Shown: positions 47,453-59,459 of the stretch, piece after piece
Position numbering within the stretch: the stretch's first letter is position 1
Layout: every line of letters starts with the position of its first letter
From: Macrostomum lignano
Lineage: Eukaryota
DNA length: 64,000 nucleotides
NCBI GenBank assembly: GCA_002269645.1
Contig: NIVC01000662.1
Coordinates: 256,809-320,808 of the forward strand
Direction of reading: 5' to 3'
The notes under the pieces: generated by a model
Database searches by the model: none
Told to the model about the DNA's origin: nothing
Seen by the model: the letters and a program-made list of their open reading frames with translations, nothing else
Program-made: the position numbers and the translations under genes

Positions 47453-49084
47453 GTTTTCAAGTCGGTCAAGTAAATATTGCTCTGAGGTTTGGTGTAGTCT
47501 GCTCTAATCAAGATGCGATCGCTTTTATAGACAGCGAAGCCACCTGATGGCCGTTAATGAGCAACGTGCAGCGGTTACTGGGGCACGCTATGCGGAAACT
47601 GACTTGCTTTTGGATAGCAACAGTAAGTGCCTTGTGAATTGCGTAATTTTGCATTAGTGCTTTCAAACAAGTCCTGTTGCTAATCACTGATTGTCTTTGA
47701 AGCGGGCGCAGAGTCGTTCAACTTCAACTCGTTCAGCCGTCGTCGGTACCTTCAAGAAGATGAAAACATGACTATGGGTATCCAAAAGAGATTTTTTTAA
47801 TTTTTAGCAATTTTAGTAACTTTTAATACAGAAGACTTAGAGATTTAGTATATTGTGACTTGAGCTTTCGGATAAATTGTAAAAGTAATTCTTTCTGTTC
47901 GTGAATATTCGATTCAATTTACAGTTTAATTAACTAATTACGGAATCACGTTTACGTAATCACGTCCGGTTATGATAGACTGTTTAAGAGTCTAGCTGAC
48001 AATGACCAGGAGTTAAAGTTTGCCCATTATTGATGCTTGGTCAAAGACATCAAAGAATTTCACAACAGAGTGTTCATAGTCACCTGGTGCCACCTGTTGA
48101 AGGTCCGCCTGGGTGAAGGCAACTGACCAACAACGTCAGAGCTGACGCAGACACATTTGGTCGACGTGCTGTTGAAATTTGGAGGCTTGGCAAGGCGCAG
48201 TGCTGTGCTGATTGGCGCACAGGGGTGTACTGAATGCACTAGCGCTTATGGAGAAAATCCGATCTTCTGGCAGAATCGTCGAATATCTCGACGGTCCGGA
48301 GGGCTGGCGACTTGATTCTTGTTTGAGAAGGTGCGCAACAAAAACTTAGCCGGTGTTCTTGAATTTCGTGTGCCTGCGTTGCTCCATTCCGGCGCAGCAA
48401 AAAAATTATCGGGGGGGGGGGAATTCCCCCTCTTGGTATTTCGACGGCCGGAAAAGGCTTGGAATTCCCACTGTTAATAACCGACACCACAGAGCTTTGG
48501 CAGGGCGATTTGTCTTCAGCTCACTTCACTGCCAACGCCGCAAGATTTTCCAACTCTCGTTCTGGAGCAGTGGATCTGGGGTAGCGGTTTTCGATTTTGC
48601 TGAGCATAAATGACACACGCAGTCTTTCGAGTTTAGGGACTACCTAGATTATTTATTACCTAGATTTAGGATGAGCCAGATTAAAGACTATTCGCCATAC
48701 AATTTCTCTAAATTATTTTATTGCTTCAAGTCCTTCCTTTTAGAAGACAAGCAATCGTCACACTGCAAAACTCTTCTTCGCCGAGTCAACTTTTATGTCT
48801 ATGGTAAATCATTAATTAAGGTTTCACTAAAAATGAAATCACAAAAAGAGAATGATTGCTGCTCGGAGCAGAACAGGACTCAAATGTGTATTTCAACAGG
48901 CTTTAAAACTGTTAACGCGATACCATTCAAAAGGGTTACTGAAAGGGCAGAAGCACCAAGCAAACACGAGTCAATAGGAGACAATTCTGCAGTTGGCTCA
49001 TAAAAATGTTTGTTATGCTGAGTCCACCACCCGATGGGAAAGTGAGAATGTTTTTCACCTGGTGATTCCTGAGCACAGAGTTCT

Positions 49085-49695
49085 TCAGTTCGAGCGGCCC
49101 CGCCAGTCCCGCTTGCAGATTCGCTCACGTGACCTGAACGACCACTTGCAGACGCCGGAGCAGCAGTCTTTGTCCCGCCTGCAGCTCTGACGAAGTGGCT
49201 TACAGGAGCGCTTGCGCCTGCAGACTCGCTCACGTGACCTAAAGGACCACTTGCAGACTCCGGAGCAGCAGTCTTTGTCCCGTCTGCAGCTCTGGCGGTG
49301 CTCCTTGCAGGAACGGTTGCGCTTGCAGACTCGCTCACGTGACCTGAACGACCACTTGCAGACTCCGGAGCAGCAGTCTTTGTCCCGTCTGCAGCTCTGG
49401 CGGTGCTCCTGACACGAGCTCACGCACCTGCCTCGTCGACAGTCGCCGGTGCAGCAGCGTCGCCATGGACGGTCGTTGTCGCATCGGTCGCCTTCGCGCC
49501 TGCAAGCGTCTGTGGGATGTTGGGAAAGAATTTTTGGTACGGGTACACGCAATCCAGATATGGTCGTTCACGTCACGTGAGCGAGTCTGCTACAGCGTAC
49601 CCGAATTTCTTTTTAGAGCAAAGCAAAGTGAACTCACCAATGCAGCAGATCAACACTGCCGCCATTGCGGCAAGGAAAATCAGAGTGGCCTTCAT
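49085..49695 (-). CDS. Secreted poly-knottin precursor D, 160 aa, 4 knots
   Basis: Exon 1 49695-49638 (MKATLIFLAAMAAVLICCI); exon 2 49509-49085. Confidence 0.9.
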
Positions 49696-51081
49696 GCTTT
49701 CAAGTCTCCAAAGAGCAATTAGATCTTTGACTGTAGCAAGGTTAGGGTTGATCCAGACTTTCTGAGAGCTATCGCTTTTATGGACTATATCTTGCCAATG
49801 CAGTATTAATGGACAGCGTGCCAGGAGTGTTACGCAACACGAGCAATGAGACCTTTTGACAATTGATTTTGTCATGTTGATTAATTAGTACGACGTATCA
49901 ACGTCCTAATTATTACCTTGTACCAAATTGGAATTTTTATTTGAATTGGCGCATGTTGCAAGTTGCTCATCCGACAAATTCTGAAGCAACAAAAACAAGG
50001 TTACTTTAGAGAACGAATTGATGTAATGTGTTGTGACATGGCGTGATCGGATCTAGCTATGCTCTTTCAACGGACGAGGGTTATACGAGCTATGCCTACG
50101 TGCTACGTCAAACCGCTGGCCTGACTGACTTCGAAACTTGAGAGGGTGGATCGCGTCGACCAACTCGATCAACCCGTCCTTGGCCGTCCCGAACTCAAGC
50201 CGCAGTCGACAAGGAGCACAGCACAACACGGAACGCAGAACGTACTTAACAAACTATAGGTAAAAATTCTTCGAATACGATAATTCTGTCGGTTGATGAG
50301 AAGCAACAAATACATGTAATAACGCAGACACGCGGGCAAAGGGGAGAAGAGTGCAATAATGGGCCCACTTGATCGAAAGCGCAAGCGATTGCTCATCGGT
50401 GCAAGTGTACCGGGCACAACTAATGCAAATGGAACATTGCGCAAGAACGCTGCTTCTAAGCTGTGAAAACGGCTCCTTAACTCGGACATAAATCAGAAAG
50501 TTTGATATAGTCGTGGCATAATTCATAAAATCTGATCTTCTCGTACGCTCGTAGTCATGGCATAACTCAGCAAATTTGCCTAGTGTTGGCATCAGTCAAG
50601 GCATCGATCTAGTCGTGGCGGGATTCAACAAAACTTCAAGACATTCATCCTTCGGATTCAGCGCAAGCAGGTGTCGCTTCAGGTAAACTTCGGTAAGCTG
50701 CGAAGACCAGTAATTAACCCTGTTGGAGTAAATGGCTACGTGCACCGATCAAGAGCCAAGTGTTATTAACTGACGGCTCATCAGCGGTCTAAAAATTGTG
50801 GTAAAAAAATGCATAGATAAACAGATGTAATTACCATTCACCTGCTCCATTAATCAGGTAGGTAATTACGACTTTAATTATAACTAATTAATACGGCAAC
50901 ATTAACTGTCAATAGTTCTCATTGCTCGTGTTATGCAACATGCCCATCGACCCTGGCACGATGTTCATTATTACTGCATTGGCAAGAGATAGTCTATAAA
51001 AGCGATAGCTCTCAGCAAGACTGGATCAACCCTAACTTTGCTACAGTCAAAGATCGAATTGCCTTTTATAGATTTGAAAGC

Positions 51082-51668
51082 ATGAAGGCCACTCTGATTT
51101 TCCTTGCCGCAATGGCTGCAGTGTTGATCTGCTGCACTGGTGAGTTCACTTTGCTTTGCTCTAAAGAGAAATTCAGATACGCTGTTCAGCCTGTGCGTGT
51201 GTACCCATACCCAACATTCTTTCCCAACATCCCACAGACGCTTGCAGGCGCGAAGGCGACCGATGCGACAACGACCGTCCGTGGCGACGCTGCTGCAGTG
51301 GCGACTGTCGACGAGGCAGGTGCGTGAGCTCGTGTCAGGAGCACCGCCAGAGCTGCAGACGGGACAAAGACTGCTGCTCCGGAGTCTGCGAGTGGTCGTT
51401 CAGGTCACGTGAGCGAGTCTGCAAGCGCAACCGTTCCTGCAAGGAGCACCGCCAGCGCTGCAGACGGGACAAAGACTGCTGCTCCGGAGTCTGCGAGTGG
51501 TCGTTCAGGACACGTGAGCGAGTCTGCAAGCGCAAGCGCAACCGTTCCTGCAAGGAGCACCGCCAGCGCTGCAGACGGGACAAAGACTGCTGCTCCGGAG
51601 TCTGCGAGTGGTCGTTCAGGACACGTGAGCGAGTCTGCAAGCGCGACTGGCGGGGCCGCTCGAACTGA
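51082..51668 (+). CDS. Secreted poly-knottin precursor E, 162 aa, 4 knots
   Basis: Exon 1 51082-51139; exon 2 51238-51668; TATAAAA at 50995-51001. Confidence 0.9.
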
Positions 51669-53369
51669 TGAAGCACTCGGTGCTCAGGAATCACCTGGTT
51701 GACAAACATTCTCTTTCTCCTACATTTACCTGGTGGCGGACTCAACAGAACAGATATTCTTTTACTGTGGCAATATCTCCTTACAGACTCTTGTTTGCTT
51801 GGTGCTTCTGAACTTTCAGTACGCTCGTAACCCTTTTAAATGGTATCGCGTTTACAATTTTATAGCTTGTTGAAATACACATTTGAGTCCTGTTCTGCTC
51901 CGAGCTGCAATACCACCACGATTTCAGTAAGTCACTTGCAAAAGAAGTCAAAGTGAAGAAATCAAGCTGGCTCGAGAAGCATTGATTCCTTCTGCTTCTG
52001 CCTGCTTTGGCTACCAAATGCATTGATTCAAGAGTATGAAATCAAACTGTGAATTTATACTTAATGGTAAAGCGATTTGTGTCGAAAATTGCAAATGGCA
52101 AAAATTGCAAAGTGGAGGCTTGTCTTTCAGTTTCTGGAGCTCGTTTGAAACGAAATATTCTTAGAAATTAACTATCGATTTTTAACTATCGAAACTGCAA
52201 TCTTCGCTGAAATATTTTCTGAAGATATTCAATAACCTCATTTAATTTATCTGCACATCTGCGCACGCTTATTAACAAGGTAAAGTGATCTTAATTTAAG
52301 CATGTTACGCCCAATGTTATTTTTTTAGTCTAATGCAAACTTCAGAAGGTTTTTCTATCAGGAAAGTACAGCACACATGCTTTTGCGGCAGTAAAGATCC
52401 CATTGCGTGAAGCGAACACCAATGAAATGCGTTATAGAAATCATATATATACTAGCGTTCAGTGAGAATGAAGCCAGTTTCCGCCTCGTCCGCCCTTGTC
52501 CGCTCTCGTCCCCTTGTCTCCTGGCCCTCGGCGCCATCGGCTCTCCGCCTCTTCGTCTCCTCAACTGCTCCGCTAGCTTGCCCCAACAATCGAGCCTGAA
52601 CTCTGATATCCTGGTCTAACAAAGAGATAAATCTGGACAAACGTCAATTCGTGCAACAGTATCGATAAGTATCCTGTGGCTCTATTTTCACTGAATTGCT
52701 TAACAAATTTGCGTGATAAATATCTTATCAGAAATTGCAACCAACATGAATTAGTAATAAACATCCTTGTTGAAGGTTAGAGATCGAGAGAAGCAAATCG
52801 AACCTCTGACTTATTTAATTCACCAGAAACATCGACGATTGTAGTCATCGTCAAAGAGAGGGGGAACACCCCCAAAACACTTACTCAAACATTTGAAAGG
52901 AAAACCAAGACCAGTAGAGAACAAAAACGGCGCTGTTAATATAAGCTGGATTGAAAGCCCCTCGAGATTTGCCCGCAGTGCATTTTCCTGCAGCGCATTT
53001 AGCCACGCGGCGGATTTTGTCTGCACAATGCTTAGTAAGTTTTAATAAAGAGATTTACCGGATCAAAACGTTTTGGTAGTAACTGTATATCAAATGCATA
53101 TATTTTTTGGGAGGGGGGAAGGCAACGCAGACAGAATCTAGCTGCCAAATGCGCTGCAGGAAAAAGCATTATCATCAAGGACAACTTGATATCTCAGGAC
53201 CGGAAACGAGCCAATTCATGGCGAAAAAAGTATGAGGCTCGTTTAAAAGCATTGTTCTATGGCCCATCCGTATGCTACGAAAGCGAAGAAATCTGAGCTG
53301 AAAATTGAGTTCTTCGCATGCACTTGCAATTGAGAGAGAGAACTTTTATTCTTGCTGAAACTAAATATC

Positions 53370-55105
53370 ATGCCGAGAAAATGCAGCGTCATTTTCTGTT
53401 GTGCAAACTACAATAGTAACCGTGATCGGAATGTTGCAGTATTTTCATTTCCTAAAGATGCAACTGAACGAGAGGCTTGGCGACTGTCTCTGCCTAATCA
53501 ACTGACGGTAAGACTTTCTTCAAATGTGCTTTGTGAATCAGATTTACCCTGGCCACATGAATTCATTAACAATTCTGTTGTTGTTTAGACCGTGACAGAC
53601 TACATGGGCGTGTGTGCTAAGCACTGGCCTCAAGATGCACCAATGATAAAAAAGGAAGAATGGTATATGTTCCCCATTTATTTTGTTGTCTAGCGGGCAA
53701 AAGCAAGAGGTGTCTCGTTTATTGACCGAGGCGAAGCGTGCGAAGCCTCGGTCAATGATCGAGACACCTCTTGCTTTTGGCCCTAGACAGCTGAATGAGT
53801 GGGGAATATGATATGTATCCCCCGTTCGTTGTCTATGGTTGTTGTCTCGAATTTATCAGCCCGCGGGGCAGCGGGAAATAAATGATTTATTCACCTAGGG
53901 AAATAAATGAAAACATGCGTCACATAGACACTCGCCCGGGGCAAAAGCTACATCCACCATCAGTTTTCGACGGAGTCCCGCAGTCCTGCCTCGTTCAAAC
54001 ACAAGGTTTGTGAAGTTCTACTGCTCAAATATTTGCACTCCATCAAATAGGGTCGAAACGAAACACTAAGGTGCGTGCTTGGATATTGCAGTGCATGCCA
54101 GTCGACATGCTGAGGGAAGGGGCGTGCTGCTGTCCGAACGATGCCTTTTCCAAGATGAACTAGTAGAATTTCGAGAGCGTGACACGCTGCCATCGTGGAC
54201 TGAATTCCGAGCATCCATTCACTGTTCAAACGTCATCAAAGCACATCAGCTTATTGTTACCATTGTTCAAGAGGAGGTAAAATATTCAGAAAATATTCGG
54301 CATCTTCTCGTTAAGCGCCAATGCCGAAATGGTTCTGCGAGTTTTCGTTTCACCAAACTATTCCGTGCGATGCTTTCGGTTACACTCACCAGTTGCGGTT
54401 CGAGATCTGCTTGGATTTCAACCAACATTAAAGTATTGGTCGCAACTTGAAGCTATCATAAATCGTTGTAAAAACTCTACAGTGGACGTCGAAAGTGAGG
54501 TGAGGGCATTATCTAAGAACCTTTCTATTGCCTTTAACCACGATGGAGTTGTACCGGACACATCGGTTACATTCATCCTGAAGCTACTCGAGTTCGCCAC
54601 AACGCACCCAAACAATCGACGATACGACATTGCCACTATGCGCCAATCTGCTTTGCTTTACCTGATTAGCAGTTCTGCATACGCGCATGCACAGACGCTC
54701 CTTCCTTTGCCCCACCAACGCACATTACGCACTCAGTTGGCTGGTCTAGGAGAGATTGGCACTGAAAATGATGCACACGAGATCGTAAAGGTCGCATTTG
54801 CCAAACTGAAACCGCAGCAGAAGTCTTGTGTGTTGATTTTCGATGAAATGTATGTCCAGCCATCGATTCGCTATCGGTGCCAACATCTGCTCGGCCAAGC
54901 GTCAGACAATCATAACAAAACTGCTCGAACAGTGCTCGCAATAATGTTGAAGCCATTGTTCGGCGGTAAGCCATTTGTTCTAAGGCTGATACCGATTTTT
55001 CTTCTTTCCGCCGACTTTTTGTACCATCAGCTTCGAAAGTGCATTCAACTCGTCAATCAACATGGAGGCCTATTTATCATGGTCAGCTCTTGTCCCGTTC
55101 TGTGA
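53370..55105 (+). pseudogene. THAP zinc finger plus P-element transposase, disrupted and C-terminally truncated
   Basis: MPRKCSVIFCCANY...VFSFPKD...AWRLSLPNQLT |intron 53508-53588| TVTDYMGVCAKHWP (C2CH). PPSVF follows an insertion. NRRY...SSSAY...LPLPHQRTLR...CVLIFDEMYV in ORF 54329..55105. Confidence 0.85.
53666..53812. repeat. Long imperfect palindrome (foldback insertion) inside the P element
   Basis: aaaagcaagaggtgtctcg...ttgaccgaggc [gaagcgtgcgaa] gcctcggtcaa...cgagacacctcttgctttt; outer arms ttccccat...tgtctag / ctagaca...gtggggaa. Confidence 0.9.
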
Positions 55106-57329
55106 CTGTTACTTTCCTCTCTGTTAGTTCAGATGAAGAAAGAATCGTAAATTTTTCTCGAGTTTCCTTATATATGTGCTGCATGTACAGCTTTCCCATT
55201 GTGCAGCTTCACGACGGTTACTTTATGTAATAAAACTATTCAACATTTAAGAAACCGACCCTGCACCCGCCTTCTGACTGCCTATCAAAAAGCCAAATAT
55301 GATACGAGTATACATTGGCAACTGAAAACATGCGCATACGGATGGGCCATAGAACAATGCTTTTAAACGAGCCTCATACTTTTTTCGCCATGAATTGGCT
55401 CGTTTCCGGTCCTGAGTTATTAAGTTGTCCTTGATTATCATATAGTCTAGCCAACAAGTGAGTCAAAACAATGGAGATTTTACCATAGACAATTGACAAT
55501 CAGGGTGCAATAATGCGCCAAAAATGCACGCTGGCGGCTTTCAGCGTGCAATAATGCAACAACACAAACTTTATTTTACGAAAAGCAAACGTAGCTAATA
55601 GTTGAACATTTTTAACGAGCTCTTTGTCTAGTAGTCAGTGCTCTAGTAGTAACTCGAAAACTCAGTAACTCACTCAGTACTCATCAGTACTCACTGATCA
55701 CCGAATTTGAAGTTGCAATTGCTGAAACTACCACTCAGATGAATATGTAGCTCCGGTCGAACAGTATCGGCCGAAGATGCTTGAACGTCAACCTTGACAT
55801 TTTGGACTGACGTCGTCATTCCAACACTTGCCACCCGCTTTGGGACCTCGGAGATAGACGTAGCATCCCCCGCCGAATCCATATCGCCAGATGGTCCGAC
55901 GATAGCCACAGACTTATCGTTGGTCGCAGAAGACGAACTGGCTCCATACAGCGCACACTGAGACGAACAAATATCACGCTGTAGTGGAGAGAAAGATATT
56001 CCTTGCCTCCCTCAACCCTGTTCTTTGCAAATTGCCATAGACAAAAATGAATAGCCACTGTTGGCTAGTCTATATGATAATGTGATAGAAGCACGGCTTG
56101 CCATTGCGGGCAAACCTCGGCGGGCACTTTGTCTGTGGGCAATTCTCATGGACCCAGCATCTATAGTTTGTAAAAGCTCGCTTTCCCACTACCATCAATT
56201 CAGGTTTAGCCATATAATTGGCAAAATAAAGTTTTTAAATGCGAACTCTAAACTGCAAATGAAGCGATTAGATGCTTTGTCCAATATGGTTTCCGAAGTT
56301 TATCGTGCTGAAAAGTGTGAAAATATACTGATTAGAAGTATGTCAATAATCAAACCTTAAATGATTGAGTGAGCGAGTTTTTACGCTCGTACCATTCATG
56401 AATTAAGAATTGAGAGATATACTCTTACACGAAGAGTCTGAGTGCAGCCATGGGCGACACAGTGAGAAGGAATATAGCTTTTTGCGGTCAGTTTGAGCTT
56501 AGGAGCAGCTGACTTAATCCAGAGTGGCAGAGCTTTCAAGACAACTGCTGCCCCTAGTCTAGGCTCGTATGGCCCAAACTGCGACTGGTAAGCTCAATCT
56601 TTGGAGCATCCAACATAGTCCAACTGTGAATTTATACTTAATGGTAAAGCTATTTGTGTCGAAAATCGCAAATCACAAAAAGTGAGAATGAAAAGAAAAG
56701 TGCACCATCACTAATTTTTGTGTTGCTAAAATTAGTTAACTTTTAAATTACTTTGGACAAAACGTGCGCACCTACTCGCTGCATTTGCAATTCTGTAGTT
56801 TAGAATTGGGAGAATTTGTTCGTTCAGAGTTAAAAACTAAACTGCTTCCATCTCGCCAATACTTTTGTGTACTTTTTGCACTACCAACCGTTCAATTTAA
56901 CTTGTATAGGAAGGTTTTGATCCCCCTGGCGCAACTTCTTCAGCGACATCGTCCCACAAGCTGCGGTGATTCTGCATATTCCGCTGAGCGCACCCAAGTG
57001 CGCGGATACAGTTCTTTTTGTACAAGCCCCAAATGAATATGGTCACGTATCAGGAATCGAATCAGGGGTTGTGGCGCGTGACTCAGAGACGCGTTTACCG
57101 CTCAGCTGCTCCCTCCTAACTTATTCAACTGGTTTTTTAACTAGCTACTCGTCAGAAAAATTAAACAGAGACAAAATAGGCACCGAAACCAATTTTTAGT
57201 GGTCAGAGTTCTCATTCGTCCAACAGCCACGGACTTCATCTGTCTGAAATGTTTGTTTACAATTTTTCCAAGTTTCGATGATCCATTATGTAAAGAATTC
57301 ACGAGAAGTCTTCGACACCATGCAAATGT

Positions 57330-57906
57330 TTACTTACCAAAGTAAATGATGAGCCTGTCTGCAAAATGTATGTCCTTTGCGTAAGGCACATCTTTCTGAG
57401 TAGAGTAGAACATAACTGGCGGACCGGTCTTGACTCCGTCTCGAACCCACTTGCACCCATCTGCAGCGGAGTTGCCGATTCCTATGAAGCCTCTGTCGAC
57501 ACCGCAGCCTCCGTGCGTGAACTGGATGTAGAAGTTGCGGCTGGCTCCGTTGCTAAATTTGCTACCCTCGATGGAGAATTTCACGAATGAGCCCTTGCCG
57601 ATCCAATATGGGTAGGACTTGAGCAGTCTGTCTTTGTGAACCAATTCTCCGAGTTCAGCTTATCGGTGTCCTTGCTCACGTCGAAAGTGGCGCTGGCAAC
57701 CGCCTTGCCGTTGTTGCGCATCTCGGCCACAATCTTGGTGAACCGGTACTTTTTTATGGCTGCGGGCAGATTATCCAGCAGGCTGGCTCGGAACAGCGTG
57801 GGGAAGTCCTTCGTGTGCGTGTCGCCTTTTTTAGTGTTCCTATATTCTACTAGGGCGTCTTTTCCAGAGTGTGCGGTAATAGTGAAGAGCAGGACCTTTC
57901 CAGAGC
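57330..57906 (-). pseudogene. Uncharacterised invertebrate secreted-domain gene, copy 1, with one frameshift
   Basis: Exon from acceptor 57906: SGKVLLFTITAHSGKDAL...KIVAEMRNNGKAVASATFDVSKDTDKLNSENWFTK / RLLKSYPYW...FSIEG...RNFYIQFTHGGCGVDRG...CKW...PVMFYS...FADRLIIYF*. The frame shifts at about 57630. Confidence 0.7.
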
Positions 57907-58542
57907 CTGCAATAAGCGTTGCGGATCTTTGCAGACTTTGAATTCACAGTAATGGTATTTGATCGCGATCAGAGTTAGCACTGCACGATTCACCTAGCGC
58001 TATAGAATATTTTTTGCATGCTGGCCGAATCATTTTTTGAAGAGAATGTCTAGACGGGGTGAGTAGCGGGGTGTTAACCTCTCTGACACTGGTGCCAAAG
58101 TACCCTGGTCCATGCCCAGTCACATTTTTCATGGGTTTGTGAACGGAAAGAGACCTGCGAAAGTGTCTGGATTCACACCTATGAGAGCCGACCTCAAAGG
58201 TACGGAGTGTTGCATTCCTAATTAGGGGAACTCGGGGTCGCTGTACTCCGTTAGTGAGCGTGTGCCTGCCTACACATCCGGTGTGCGTGCTCTTGGGTCA
58301 GAGGAATGGGCCTGACTGCTGGACTCCTCACTGACGTGGGTCGACTGTGGTCAATTTTCGTGGCTGCACCGAAAAACTACCAACTGACTGTAAATTTTTT
58401 CTGAGCCAGCTTATAGAATGAAGTAAACACTTGGACTATCTGCAACTCACCGAGCCTGTAGGTTTCGATTCTGCCTTCTAAAATATAAAATCAGTATGCA
58501 TTACATTTGATTGCTATGCAACTAACCTATGCACAGTGAAGA

Positions 58543-59459
58543 TTAGAATAAAGAGTTGCATGCATTCTTACTGAGATAGATGACAAACTTGTCTGCAAAA
58601 TGTATGTCCCTTGCATAAGGTACATCTTTCTGAGTAGAGTAGAACATGACTGGCGGACCGGTCTTGACGCCGTCTCGAACCCACTTGCACCCATCTGCAG
58701 CGGAGTTGCCGATTCCCATGAAGCCTTTGTCTACATCGCAGCCTCCGTGCGTGAACTGGATGTAGAAGTTGCGGCTGGCTGCGGTAAATTTGTTGCCCTT
58801 GATGGAGAACGTCACGAATGAGCCCTTGCCGATCCAATACGGGTAGGACTTGACCAGTCTTCTTTGTGAACCAGTTCTCCAAGTTCAGCTTATCAGTGTC
58901 CTTGCTCACGTCGAAGGTGGCGCTGGCAACCGCCTTGCCGTTTTTGCGCATCTCGGCCACGATCTCCTGGGCGTTTGCCAGCCTTACAGCATCTGGCAGG
59001 TTGTTGAGCAGAGTGGATCGGAATAATTTCCCATTTTGATCCTTTGTGTCGATGTGACCAGCTTTCCGGAATTCAACAAGAGCGTCTTTGCCGAAGTGAG
59101 CGCTGATAGAGAACAGAAGTACTTTCCCATGTTCTGCAAGTATAAAATTTTGGTTTCTATAAGGTCGTAGTAAAGAATTTGATCAGAGACAGTATGACCA
59201 AGACTTAAGTTTTTCAGAAAAGAGCTGCTGTGTGCAAAGTCTCTCTTCACCTGGTTCGTTTGGGAATCCGGCATCTACAAAGCGAAAAGGTTTCATTTTA
59301 TTTGGTCTGACTTTGATAAAATTTGAATCTAGCACTTGTTATATAGAACAGTATAGCACAGTTATATAGTATAGTTCAAATTCTATCTGTACCAGCAGAG
59401 ATCAGCAAAGCAGTGAAGGCCAGCAAAGCAGTCAATGCTGCTCCAGCTTGATTCGACAT
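58543..59459 (-). pseudogene. Uncharacterised invertebrate secreted-domain gene, copy 2 (signal peptide, 3 exons), with one frameshift
   Basis: Exons 59459-59393 (MSNQAGAALTALLAFTALLISA), 59274-59251 and 59133-58543, joined by phase-1 junctions. Same domain as copy 1; the frame shifts at about 58860. Confidence 0.75.

Larger units (their letters stand above)
53176..55433 (+). mobile_element. P-superfamily (THAP-type) DNA transposon, internally deleted
   Basis: About 100-bp TIRs (53176-53275 / 55334-55433, starting CAAGGACAACTT). Perfect 8-bp TSD ATTATCAT at 53168-53175 and 55434-55441. Confidence 0.93.
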
